Assembly: GCF_006345805.1 (NCBI RefSeq)
Contig: NC_042998.1
Coordinates: 170,624,001-170,688,000 of the forward strand
Reading direction: 5' to 3'
Origin: Octopus sinensis
Taxonomy: Eukaryota
DNA: 64,000 bases
In this document: piece by piece, positions 51,278 through 63,501 of the stretch
Layout: each line of letters opens with the position of its first letter
How positions within the stretch are numbered: position 1 is the first letter of the stretch
The notes under the pieces: generated by a model
Database searches by the model: none
Told to the model about the DNA's origin: nothing
What the model saw: the letters and a program-made list of their open reading frames with translations, nothing else
Made by a program: the position numbers and the translations under genes

Positions 51278-52035
51278 AGTGTTTCCCAAACTTTTCACAC
51301 CAAATTGCAATATCGCCCACCTGTCAGCCAAAAAATGCTCCATCAACACAACACAAAATCCCCTAGAACACCCCCACCCCCCATATCATTTGACACACTT
51401 TATCGTAGACTCGTTACGCTGATAGTGCCGTTTGGACTAAATATGTGGTTGTTTACAAATCCCGTATTGTAGGTTTAGTTTTGCCATTAGTGTAAATAAA
51501 ATTCTAATGTTAACTATATATTTTTTAGACAGATTAATTTCTGGAAACTTGTGCCTTCTTTTACACTGATTTTCATTTTCACCAAATGAATCATTGATCA
51601 AAACTACCGATGCAAAAATAGATAATGATTGTATTATAAAAACAAAAATAAAACTTTTTAATGAGAACCATGCATCTGGTGCAGTGCAGCTAGTGCAGAT
51701 ACTTTCTTTTACACTGATTTTCATTTTCCCCAAATGAATCATTGATCAAAAATACCAATGCAAAAATAGATAATGATTGTATTATAAAAACAAAAATAAA
51801 ACTTTTTAATGAGAACCATGCATCTGGTGCAGTGCAGCTAGTGCAGATACCTTCGGTTTCGAACTTGTCGACTTTAGCCACAAGTCTCCTCATTGTGTGA
51901 TATCCAGTCCAACTCTTTTATGGGAAAGTAAAGTTTCAACGTTGTTAATACCAGATTTAACCAGGTATGAGGTAGGGCAGGCAAGCAAAAGTAATTTCAA
52001 ATGTTTCCACAGATTGGGGTAGGAATTCAATATAC
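51278..52035 (-). mobile_element. hAT (Charlie-like) remnant with C-terminal dimerization domain and an internal 148-bp tandem duplication (51556-51850)
   Basis: Terminus CAGTGTTTCCCAAACT; YPNLWKHLKLLLLACPTSYLVKSG...KRVGLDI..GDL.L. Confidence 0.8.
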
Positions 52036-52058
52036 TCTTATAGTACCACAAATGTGTG

Positions 52059-52092
<34 letters not shown>

Positions 52093-52704
52093 CGTGTGTG
52101 TCTGTGTTTGTCCCTCCCCAACATCGCTTGACAACCGATGCTGGTGTGTTTACGCACCCGTAACTTAACGGTTCAGCAAAAGAGATCAATAGAATAAGTA
52201 CTAGGCTTAAAAAGAATAAGTCCTGGGGTCGATTTGCTCAACTAAAGGTGGTGCTCCAGCATGGCTGCAGTCAAATGACTGAAACTAGTAAAAGAGTATA
52301 TATATGTATGTATGTGTATATATATATGTGTGTATATATATATCTGTATGTATATATATATATATATATAAGAAATATAAGGTGAGTTTCCAAGAAATAA
52401 AATGCTTTATCTAGTGTTTATTTTCCAGATGTGGTGATTTCCTACCACTGGGAACTGACATCAGGTGAAACATTCTAAAAGACATGAAAATCACAACTTC
52501 TACTTCCTATCCTTTAAAAATTCTAAACTTGAGAAACCAAGTATAGCCAGTTATGTTCAATGATAAAAAAAATAATGTTGAAAGATAAAAAAATTATGTT
52601 CAAATATTAAAAAATCAAACAGTTAAAAATCACTGTAAATTTTACAAAATGAAATTTAGAATAATTTTCTTATAAAATTTTAATCATTTCTTTTAAAATT
52701 TTAG

Positions 52705-52839
52705 GTATTCTTCCCAAATCTCGAAATCTTAAATATAAATACTCATGTTTGGATACACCTCCAGTTCTGGCCGTTTTATCTATGGGCTATAAACGAAATG
52801 TAGTCAAAAGAGTTGTAAAGAATAAAATCAAAGAAACAG
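52705..52839 (+). CDS. IAP copy 2 coding exon 4: UBA domain N-part
   Basis: TAG acceptor, CAG|GTAAG donor, phase 1-1. LDTPPVLAVLSMGYKRNVVKRVVKNKIKETG carries the IAP-UBA MGF/Y motif. Confidence 0.92.
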
Positions 52840-53084
52840 GTAAGCATACTAAGCTGAACTATTCCAATATATAATTTATTCTTATCATTATCATTGTTGT
52901 TTTGACATGTTCCTTGAATTTATTGTGGACAAGTCCATAGAATAGGACAGTTTTTGTTCATATCTGTCCCATCTACGAAGTATAAATTTTTAAGATCCAG
53001 TGTGATAACTTTGGTTAAATTCTCCCTTTATCTACTTCTGCACTTAGCTTTACTGAGATTCTTAAATCATATGTCTCGATGAAA

Positions 53085-53385
53085 AAACTTGCATTTGCCT
53101 TATAGTGGAAAATTCATTCAGTCACTTGTGCAAGAATTCAATGTCAATATTGTTAACCATCAAACTGCATCAATTTCTGAATAATCTGGTGTTCTTTAAA
53201 GTCATTCAAGGCAGAATACATATGACTATTCAGCAATTTCTCTGTAAATATATGAGAGGCATAATGTTAAAAAATGTTGTGGGTGCAAGTAATGATTTAA
53301 TAGTTTAAAACACTGACATTGAATTCTTACATATAAAGGGTCACTGGCTGAATGAATTTATCTACTAAAATACAAATGCAAGCTT
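53085..53385. repeat. Old imperfect inverted repeat (MITE-like) in the intron splitting the UBA
   Basis: CTTGCATTTG...AAATTCATTCAG...AAGAATTCAATGTCA is mirrored by TGACATTGAATTCTT...CTGAATGAATTT...CAAATGCAAG. Confidence 0.7.
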
Positions 53386-53881
53386 CCAATGAAATATTTA
53401 TAAGAATGTATTTTGCTAGATCAGTGAGTGAATATATGGTGAGGATTTGAGGAAGCTACAATGTTTGAAATTTTTGAAAGTTGTAGCAACTATCAAAATT
53501 GCTGAAAGTGAAATATATTTGTCGGAAACAGAGAGCTTCCTCTTCAGATGCTTTTCATGATTTGGATTGCATCCTGTTCTTTCTGATTTGAACTAAAAAC
53601 ATGAGAGGCCATGAAATGAGGTTGATAAGCTCTGATAAATATCCTAGTGATGAAATCATCAGCTCACAGTTTCCACCAACAAAACTTCATTTGTTTAAAA
53701 AAAAGTGGGAGGGGGGCATCAGTTTATGCATTTTTAAATTCAAAATACTGATGGAAGCTTAACAAAGGAGGAGTATAATTGTGAAAGCAATGGGTAAATA
53801 TGTATTTAGTTGAATGCTAGATTATAATTAATCAAATATTTTACAAAGCTCATGGTTTTTTGTTTTGTCTTTCTTTTTAAG

Positions 53882-54019
53882 GTTCTTCCTTTTCAAAAGC
53901 ATCGCAGTTACTTGAAGCGATCCATAAATGTCCTGATTTTGATGATGATATTGAGGATGTAAGTGATGAAGAGGAGCCTGTCCAAACAACAATAAAAAAT
54001 GACACTGAAATGTCTGCTA
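53882..54019 (+). CDS. IAP copy 2 coding exon 5: end of UBA plus acidic linker
   Basis: AAG acceptor, A|GTAAGT donor, phase 1-1. (G)SSFSKASQLLEAIHKCPDFDDDIEDVSDEEEPVQTTIKNDTEMSA. Confidence 0.9.
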
Positions 54020-54540
54020 GTAAGTAATAAATGATAACACTACTATTTCTCCATACTTTGAAATGATGGTTAGTAATTAAGAAATGATCCTTCTATTTAT
54101 CTATCAAAGTGCTGACAGTGAAGTAGCTGTTATTAAGTAATCCTTCTTCTGTTGTCTCACACCGACACTAGATTGTTATTGCTCGCAAGGAAAGGAAACA
54201 TCTACTTTTAAAACTTTATAACTGTCAACACCAAATCAGTTTCAGTTTAAAATAAACCTCTGCAATTTTTTCCAAAAGCCAGGAAGCTAGAATGGAGTAT
54301 GGTTTCTGAGTTTTTCTATCTATATTTGATTTAATCCATATTTGCCTATTCAACGTGGATAACATCATCCATATTGCAGATTACATGGGTATTTTTTCTA
54401 TTCAATATGGATTTGTTACACATGTACCTGGTCAGTAATTGTTAGCAGATTTACATTGATATATATCATTTAATGTTGGTATAACTATACCATCAAAAAG
54501 CTAGAATAAACAAAATGAGTCACAGCTGACACATCATTCT

Positions 54541-54818
54541 TATTTCTTTATTGCCCATAAGGGGCTCAACATAGAGGGGACAAACAAGGACAGACAAAGG
54601 GGTTAAGTCGATTATATCGCCCCCAGTGCATAACTGGTACGTAATTTATTGACCCCAAAAGGATGAAAGGCAAAGTCGACCGCAGCGGGATTTGAACTCA
54701 GAACGTAGCGGTAGGCAAAATACCGCTAAGCATTTCATCCGGTGTACTAACGTTTCTGCCAGTTCGTCATTTCTATTGATGTTTCTAAGCATTTTGTCCA
54801 GCGTGCTAACGTTTCTGC
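54541..54818 (-). mobile_element. tRNA-derived SINE with duplicated 5' head
   Basis: Flanking direct repeat CAGCTGACACATCATTCT (54523-54540, 54819-54836); CTAAGCATTT...CTAACGTTTCTGCCAG occurs twice. Confidence 0.85.
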
Positions 54819-55139
54819 CAGCTGACACATCATTCTAATGTCCACTTATCTATGTTTGAATGGATCAAACAGAATTTATTATCATTTTTTTTTACACCTA
54901 GCTGCCCTTCCTGCTTCCAAGACAAGGAGACACAAATGCACACATCTGTGTGTGTGCACACACACACACACACACACACACATGCATACATATATGTATA
55001 TATATATAAAAATGACCAGCTTCTTTCAGTTTCTGTCTACCAAATCCATTCACATGATTTCATTGGCTATAGTAGAATACATTGGCGCATACTGTGATGC
55101 CAAGAAGATTGTTGGTAAGCAAAAGTCTTAATCTCACAG

Positions 55140-55955
55140 CTCTACAGCTGGATGCCCTTCCTAACGCCAACCACTCTGAGAGTGTAGTGGGTGCTTTTAT
55201 GTGCCACCAGCACAAGGGCCGGACAGGCGATACTGGCAACAGCCACGCTCAAATGTTTTTTTCATGTGCCACCAGCACAAGTGCCAGTAAAGCGGTACTG
55301 GTAAGGATCACGCTCAAATGGTGCTTTTTACGTGCCACCGGCACGGAGGCCATTTGGCTGCTCTGGCAACAATCACGCTTGAATGGTGCTCTTAGCACAC
55401 CACTAGCACAGATGCTAGTCATCGAATTTGATTTCGATTTCACTTGCCTCAACAGGTCTTCGCAAGCAGAGTTTAGTGTCCAAAGAAGGAAAAGGTACAC
55501 ATAAGTGGGCTGGTTATGCTTCTGGTATAGGCCATGAGGTTATGGTCTCATTTGGCTTGCCATGTCTTCTCAAGCACAGCATATTTCCTAAAGTCTTGGT
55601 CACTAGTCATTTCCTTGGTGAGGCCTAATGTTCGAAGGTTGTGCTACACCACCTCATCCCAAGTCTTCTTGGGTCTACCTCTTCCACAGGTTCCCTCAAC
55701 CACTAGGGTGTGGCACTTTTTCATACAGCTATCCTCATCCATTCTTGCCACATGACCATACCAGTGCAGTCGTCTCTCTTGCACACAACATCTGATGCTT
55801 CTTAGGTCCAACTTTTCTCTCAAGGTACTTACACTCTGTATGCACACTGACATTAGACATCCATCGGAGCATACTGGCTTCATTCCTTGTGTGCTTATGC
55901 ATGTCCACAGCAGTCACAGAACATGTTTCACTGCCATGTTGCATGGCTGTTCGTA
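55140..55955 (-). mobile_element. RTE LINE 3' portion
   Basis: RRLHWYGHVARMDEDSCMKKC...GRGRPKKTWDEVV plus family 3' UTR. Confidence 0.9.
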
Positions 55956-55983
55956 CACATATATAATATACATATATATATAA

Positions 55984-58900
55984 AAATGAGTAACACAGAG
56001 GTACAGGTGTCAATTCATTATGGCCGTTTCAAGCGATTCCTTTAATTGATTAATGAGAACATTACATCACTGCAAAGAAACTGTTTTTGTTAAATGACTT
56101 CATGAACTTCAAACATAAAGGACAATTTGACTGATTAAACATAGTCACAACTCCACAGCCAAAATATTTACACTGGTTCTGCTGCTATTTTGTTGGCAGA
56201 ATGACTTTACTAAATATTTTATATCTTGTAAGAATAAATAGAATTTAGAGGATAGTAGAGGTTATAGTGGAGGGAAGGAGTAATTGAAATCAGTGACCCA
56301 GTTACCTATACCTCAAAACAAAAGGGGTAGGATTGTCTTTAATGGTCTAGATTTAAGTCTTAGGGGTGTCATACATGTATTCTGGTCAGTGGTGATAAAT
56401 TAATTAACATCATGTCAGCCTGCTAAACTATTGTGTGTGATACAACAATAGATCTGGCTTTATCTACAAAAGTGGATAAGGTGCAGGATATAAGGGATTG
56501 AGTGATGGGGAAGGGATGATAAGTAGAAGAAAAAAGGTTAGGGAGAGTTGATACTACTTCATTTGATTATCGTATTAAAGGGGAAGATCTAGAAAACTGC
56601 TGTATTAGAAATATGGATGGAAATCAAATTCAGAGAATAGCAAACATTTTCAACTACAATTTGGCACATTTACAATATTATATCAATAAATAAACTATTA
56701 AATGTATAGGGGAAGGATAAAATTATAATAATGAGATACCTTAAGATATAAGAGAAATAATAAAAACTTTACGTAAATATTGTGTATAAAATATCCTGGT
56801 AAAAAGAATATATATATAATTTATAACTGAGTTCCTTATAATATAAAAAGGTACTTGTAATATAAAGTAAACTGATATTAGAAACATTCCACTTCATTAG
56901 GGAAGGATAAAGATAGGATATAAAAAAATAAGATCCAAGATATAGTGTAAATAAATTGGAGATATTTAAAATATATAAAGGAGTACCTTCAGATACAAGA
57001 TTTAAAAATTTAGGCACATAATCGAATAATGAATATAATGTGTATTAGAATATAATAATATCAGATTAAAGTATACTGTAAGGCATATAAAAATGTATTT
57101 ATCATTATTTTATGTACAATTTTATCCGGATCTAGTTAAACTGATTCACAAAATCATCCCCTTTTCATTTTGTCCAGATTGCTTTCAATTTTGGTGTGTC
57201 AATGCAACTCTGAATTTTGATTATGATCAACCAATTACTCTATCTCATAAATTAAAGAATCTGATGTTATTTGGAATCAAATTTGGGAAATTTAGGTAAT
57301 TTTAGCCAATTAACAGACAGTGAGGCATTAACAGCTTGTTACCATAACAACCGCATACTGTGTTGTGTTTCATTTCACCCGCATCTGTGCCACTCGTTGT
57401 TCTGTATTGATTCTTCACACCACAAGATTCATTTTACCTGGCCCAGATTTTATCCTGATCACCCACTTTGCAATCAAAATAATGCACATAGCACTTTTTA
57501 ATCAATAGCATGAAATGCCATCTTAGTGACTTGAATGTTAAGTTACCGCAAATATAGCAAAAGTTGTTTGCAATGTTTATACAGTTTCCTGGCATTATGA
57601 AAGTGAATGGAATATATGAACTTAGTACACAACCACACATCTACACTTCAAGCACGGTACTAACAGAGCATCAGTGACTCATTGACTCGGGATTGCCAAG
57701 CTTCAGAAACTCATTGATTCAGACAGCTGGATTTATGATTTCACTAGGTTAATTCTATTCATAAAAATTTTAATTAGGAGTATTTCTTAAACTGTTAGCT
57801 TCACATTTCAACAGCTTAACTGATATTTAGCCCATGTAACAGGAACTGAGAGGGATATCATGGAACAGAGAAACTGTGGGTGATACAGATATTACTTTTG
57901 AATTATGTATGCAAAAACATATAAGAAACAGGTAGTTTTTTTCTTGGGGCAAATTTTTTGTTGACCAGTGTTATTTTTAATTGTAGTTTACAATCTAAGC
58001 ATGAAAACATTACTCAACTTAGGAGTTTTGGAGATAGATTCCCCCTTTTCACACATACACACACACATATGAATGCATAAATGTACATATAAACTTATAT
58101 GAATACATACATCCACATGCACTTATATATTAATGATGTTCACAAATACATGACAGGTATACATAATACCAAAGTATGCATAAAGTAAACACATGCAGAC
58201 ATATATTAATTTAACAGATAAAAAAAAATTATAAAAACATACAAAACACTATAGAAATCAATGAAGAGACAAAAGAAACAGTGAGAAGATACATGTTGAT
58301 TTTATTAGGTATTTCTGTTTATTTAGAAACTTACAATAAACAGGTCATTTCACAGATGCTAAACACAGAAAATTTCTGTCTTTGTATTGACTAGAAATAC
58401 ACAGTTTTTTCGATTTTTAAACCTTTATAACTTTTCCCCTTTTTTGTTCACAACATCATACCTTCATAGCAATAAGAGTGGAAAACTACATTAATATAGT
58501 CGATTTTCAGATTTTTTCTTCCTTTTTAAAAAATGTAGATTTTGTGAATCAGTTTAACTAGATCCTTTTATCCTTCACCTATATATTTAATAGTTTATTT
58601 ATTGATATAATATTGTAAATGTGCTAAATTGTAGTTGAAAATTGTTGCTATTCTCTGAATTTGATTTCCATCCATATTTCTAATACTTATTCCAGCAGTT
58701 TTCTAGATCTTCCCCTTTAATACGATAATCAAATGAAGTAGTATCAACTCTCCTAACCATTTTTTCTTCTACTTATCCCTTCGCCATCACTCAATCTCTT
58801 ATTACAATCCCATACCTTACCCACTTTTGTAGATAAAACCAAATCTATTGTTGCATCACACAAAATAGTTTAGCAGACTGACATGATGTTAATTAATTTA

Positions 58901-59302
58901 TCACCACTGACCAGAATACATGTATGACACCCCTAAGACTTAAATCTAGACCACTGGAGACAATCCTCCCTCTATTGTTTTGAGGTATAGATAACTGGGT
59001 CACTGATTTCAATTACTCCTTCCCTCTACTATCCTCTAAATTCTATTTATTCTTACAAGATATAAAATATTTAGTAAAGTCATTCTGCCAACAAAATAGC
59101 TGCAGAACCAGTGTAAATATTTTGGCTCTGTGGAGTTGTGACTATGTTTAATCCGACAAATTGTCCTTTATGTTTGAAGTTCATGAAGTCATTTAACAAA
59201 AACAGTTTCTTTGCAGTGATGTAATGTTCTCATTAATCAATTAAAGGAATCGCTTGAAACGGCCATAATGAATTGACACCTGTACCTCTATGTTACACAT
59301 TT
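55984..59302. repeat. Long inverted duplication: arms 55984-56722 and 58566-59302, plus inner 28-bp arms 57128-57155 and 58538-58565
   Basis: Arms are reverse complements over ~740 bp with scattered substitutions and small indels. Inner GGATCTAGTTAAACTGATTCACAAAATC is an exact match. Confidence 0.95.
57300..57970 (-). mobile_element. Internally deleted Chapaev3-like (CMC) DNA transposon
   Basis: MPGNCINIANNFCYICGNLTFKS...YFDCKVGDQDKIWA N-terminal zinc-finger peptide; 5' terminus CACTGGTCAACAAAAAA flanked by TAA on the minus strand. Family assigned from memory; left boundary uncertain. Confidence 0.65.
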
Positions 59303-59520
59303 ATATTTTATTCACCTATCTTGGTATCTACACTTTGGAAATATTATAGAAGGTATTTTAATATAAAGTACATGTCTGAATAGCCAAGAAGGGATCTCTT
59401 CACTTAGCTGAGTCATATTATCTGCATACGCTGCAAGAATGGCACTTCTGCTCCAAGTCTGATAGTCACTTAATATGGTTTGGATGTGCATATTATTACA
59501 ACCTGACAAGGTACCTCAAT
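58566..59520 (-). mobile_element. Very degenerate L1/Tx1-like LINE RT region (source of the inverted duplication)
   Basis: Ordered minus-strand remnants GTLSGC, ILAAYADNMT, IKYK, GRMTLLN and LYLKTIEGGLS. Confidence 0.55.
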
Positions 59521-59676
59521 TAAGTACCTAATTTAGCCGAATCTTAAATGTATTTTATTGATAGATATATATATATATACACATACACACACACATATAT
59601 ATATATATTAAATATTATACTTTTACAAGATGAATGACGGTGACTTTAAAGTTTCAGTCTACTAGCCTTCATCCAA

Positions 59677-60170
59677 TCATCATCATCGTCGTCGTTTAAC
59701 GTCCGCTTTCCATGCTAGCATGGGTTGGACGATTTTGACTGAGTGCTGGCAAGCCAGATGGCTGCACCAGGCTCCAATCTTGATCTGGCAGAGTTTCTAC
59801 AGCTGGATGCCCTTCCTAACGCCAACCACTCCGAGAGTGTAGTGGGTGCTTTTTACGTGCCAGTCAGGCAGCACTGGCAACGAACTCGCTTGAATCTTTT
59901 TACACTTGCCACCAGCACAGGTGCCAGTGAAGCGACGTTGGTAATGATCACACGCAAATGGTGCCCTTTTACGTGCCACGGGTACGGAAGCCAGTTGGCT
60001 GCTCTGGCAACGATCACGCTCGGATGGTGCTCTTGGCACCCTACTAGCACAGGCATAAGTGCTAGTAAGGTGACGCTGGTAATGATCATACTCGAATAGC
60101 CACTCCGTCAACGATCACACTCGTATGGTGCTCTTTGCACCCTGCTAGCACGGATGCCAGTCATCGAATT
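59677..60170 (-). mobile_element. RTE 3' UTR fragment with internal repeats
   Basis: (CAT)n(CGT)n tail and family-diagnostic block. Confidence 0.8.
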
Positions 60171-60889
60171 CAAGAAAAGCTAGTTGACCGAAACTGTTTA
60201 GAAAGTATAATAAACATGTACTCTAACAGAAAAGTATTGAGTAATTCTTCAGTTTAATGTTAAATTGTTTTTGTATTAGCTTGGCATAAAATCAAACATA
60301 AGGGTTTAGAAGCTTCAAGAGAATATAAAATAGTTTTTTTGGAACAAAGCTGGTAAATATTGGGTTAAGAAACTCTTTGAAGGGATTTCGAAGGCATCCT
60401 TTGATATTTTACTACACAAAGGTTATTTTTAATAAACAATATATCATCATTATATGTATATCAACATTATATATTCTTTTATTCTTTTACTTGTTTCAGT
60501 CATTTGACTGTGGCCATGCTGGAGCACCGCTTTAAACAGCTTTTTAGTCGAAGAAATCAACCCCAGGACTTATTCTTTGTAAGCCTAGTACTTATTCTAT
60601 CGGTCACTTTTGCCAAACCGCTAAGTTACAGGGATGTAAACTCCCCAACATCAGTTGTCAAGCAATGGTGGGGTGACAAACGCAGACACAAAGACACACA
60701 TACATAGATATACACAAACACACACACACACAGACATATATACGATGGGCTTTGGTTGCCCCGAGGCTATAGTAGAAGACACTTACCCAAGGTGTCACGC
60801 AGTGAGACTGAATCTGGAACCATGTGGCACAGCCCGCTTGTGTCATATATATATATTATATACACGCACACACACACACAAACACATCG

Positions 60890-61894
60890 TAATGAGTGTT
60901 ATGTCTTTCTGTCTGTCTGTCCATCTATTCCCTCTTCATGGTCAAACAGCTGGACCAATGGTCATGATGTTTTACGGGATTGCGAAGGAGGTAATCAGGA
61001 AGGTTTTTAGCAACAAAAAAAACGTGAAAAAGTTTGATTATTTAGTGGATATTGAATTTTGCATTAATAAATCACCTTTGTTTTTTGGAGTTTTTTTGTT
61101 AAAATTCCGGCAACGAGAATTAACTCTGGATTTCCCCCGTATAGTTCATGAATTCAGAGTGTTTAGATTTGCGATACTATCCCTTTATTTCCCATCGTAG
61201 ATGGGCAGATTTGCTATTTTACTATAATGGGCGTAATGTTTGTCTGTTCCTTCTTCACAGCCAGACATTTGGATCAACAGTTACAATATTTTTCGGGATT
61301 ACAAAGACCTTCATCAGGAAGGCTATTAGCACTAAAGAATCAGAATGTATTATTATTTCGTGGATATCGATTTTTGAATTGATAAACCACCTTTGCATTT
61401 TTATTAAAATTCACTAACCATGAGTAACTCTGGATTTTGATCATATAGTTCATGGCCCCGTCATAGATACGAAGGGATCATAAGGATGGTTAATAGCAAA
61501 AATAAAATGGAAAAAGTGTGTGTGATTATTTAGCAGTTATTGAAGTGCGTCAATCTCGAGCAGGATTTGAAAAGGCTAATCGAAGCCACTGTTATTTATG
61601 TCTCAGTTTTGTCAATCAAAATAACCCATGATACCAGAACACCCTGACATTATTTGCATAGAACAGTGAGAGGTAAGTCTTAGTTTGATTTTTTGCAGCC
61701 CTAAAGATTCCACTCATGCATTCACAGCAAAACAAGGCACAGGGCCAGACTTTAGATCATGTAGGTATTTTTACCCACTCCACTGTTTCACACATGAACA
61801 GTTATATGTCACTATGAGTAGAGCAACAGCCTCCAGTAATTTGAAAATTGGTGTCGACCAAACAGAAAATATTGTCTACAAAGAAGTTTTGTAA
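60890..61894 (+). mobile_element. Helitron remnant: duplicated ~315-bp non-coding unit and PIF1-like helicase C-terminus
   Basis: KAQGQTLDHVGI (frameshifted), CFTHEQLYVTMSRA and TENIVYKEVL* at ~61715-61894; units at ~60890 and ~61210 share CGGGATT..AAG...ATCAGGAAGG...TTAGCA. Confidence 0.8.
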
Positions 61895-62610
61895 TAATAA
61901 TAATAATAATGAAATTACTGTATACAGTGCTCAGGTGCACCACAACTTGTCAAAAGTGCGTATACAGCATATGCAGTAATGTACAAATGTCTGGTAAGTG
62001 AACAGTGTATGAGTCAGATACATGCTTGCATGTGTATGGAGGGGAGAAAATCAGGTGTAGTGTTGGTGAATCTCAGGAAGCATGGAAGTTTTGAAGAATG
62101 CAGTGCTCCGACAACTAACAACTGATGCTGGCAGCTTGTTCCATGCTTCAACAACTCTTTGTGTGAAAATATGTTTCCTAAAGTCAAGGGAGCTGTGCTG
62201 TTTTCTGACTTTGTAAACATGTCCACGGGTGTTAGACAAGTGGAGTTTGAAAAGGTGCTCAGAGTTATTGTTAGTAAGATGGTTAATAATTTTATACGTG
62301 CCTGCCAAGTCAGCTGCCAGTCGTCGGAGTTTCAATGTATCCATGCCCAGGGAAGTAAGGTGTTCAGAATATGGCAAATGCCTGATGGAGGATATTCTCT
62401 TGGTTGCACATCACTGAATGGTTTCCAGACGATTAATATCCTGGGCAAGATAGGGGTTCCAGACCGGTGATGCAAATTCCAGGTGAGGCCGCACCATAGC
62501 TATATAAAGCCTCAGATAGATAACCGGAGAGCAGCTCACAAAGGACTTGGTAAATGATGCCAAGACACCCTCAGCCTTGGCAATTTTAGCAATGTGTTTT
62601 GTCCAACACA
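61895..62610 (-). mobile_element. 5'-truncated CR1-clade LINE
   Basis: LYIAMVRPHLEFASPVWNPY, LKLRRLAADL...YKI, TRGH.YK and FTQRVVEAWNKLP; (TAA)n tail. Confidence 0.92.
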
Positions 62611-63310
62611 TCATATTGGTATTATCAAACAGAATACAATTCATAATTTAAATAAGGAAATTTGTAAACTTTGAATGTATAAGAGTATAAACAAGCTTAA
62701 AATAGTGTAAACAATTAAAATAAAAGTATATCTATCAAGTCCATTTATACATTTCTCAACACATACTGCTGTTATGACTTCCCTCCCTCATTTTATGCCT
62801 CCATTGTAGATGGGTAGATTTGCTAGTATATATAATGATGATGATGGTATATTGTTTATTAGCATAACAATCTGTTTAGAGCACAAGAATAGGTTTGTAT
62901 ACATAGCTGTAATATTTAGAGGTTGATAGCTAACATGTCTACATACAGTTTTGAGTGAATTTAGTAGACAGAAAGTGTGAAGAAGCTCATTATGTGCATG
63001 TGTTGTTTGTCCTGCCACCACCACCACTTGACTTGTTTATGTCCCCCATAACCTAGCACTTCAGCAGAAGAGACCAATAGAATAAGCACCAGGTTTGAAA
63101 AGAAGTACTGGGGTTCATTTGTGTGACTAAAACCCCTTCAGCATGGCCACAGTTCAATGACTGAAGCAATAAAAGATAAAAGATGAACTGTTGATATTGT
63201 TTTTAATATTCAAAATGTATGACTATTTGTTACATTTTTATTATATTTCAACAATGTATATTCATTCTTCCCTGTAGTCTTCATTTTTTGTTTTCTTTTT
63301 CCTTCATCAG

Positions 63311-63501
63311 ACGCTGATCTAGTTAAAGAGAATAATATGCTGAAAGAACTGAAGCTTTGTAAAATCTGTTTAGATGAAGAATTGAGTGTGGTATTTTTAC
63401 CATGTGGCCATTTGGTCAGTTGTGCATCATGTGCACCTGCTCTCAGTAACTGTCCTGTGTGTCGACAAAAGGTTCATGGAATGGTTAAGACATTTTTCTG
63501 A
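63311..63501 (+). CDS. IAP copy 2 terminal exon, C3HC4 RING finger
   Basis: CAG acceptor, phase 1. (N)ADLVKENNMLKELKLCKICLDEELSVVFLPCGHLVSCASCAPALSNCPVCRQKVHGMVKTFF*. Confidence 0.95.
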
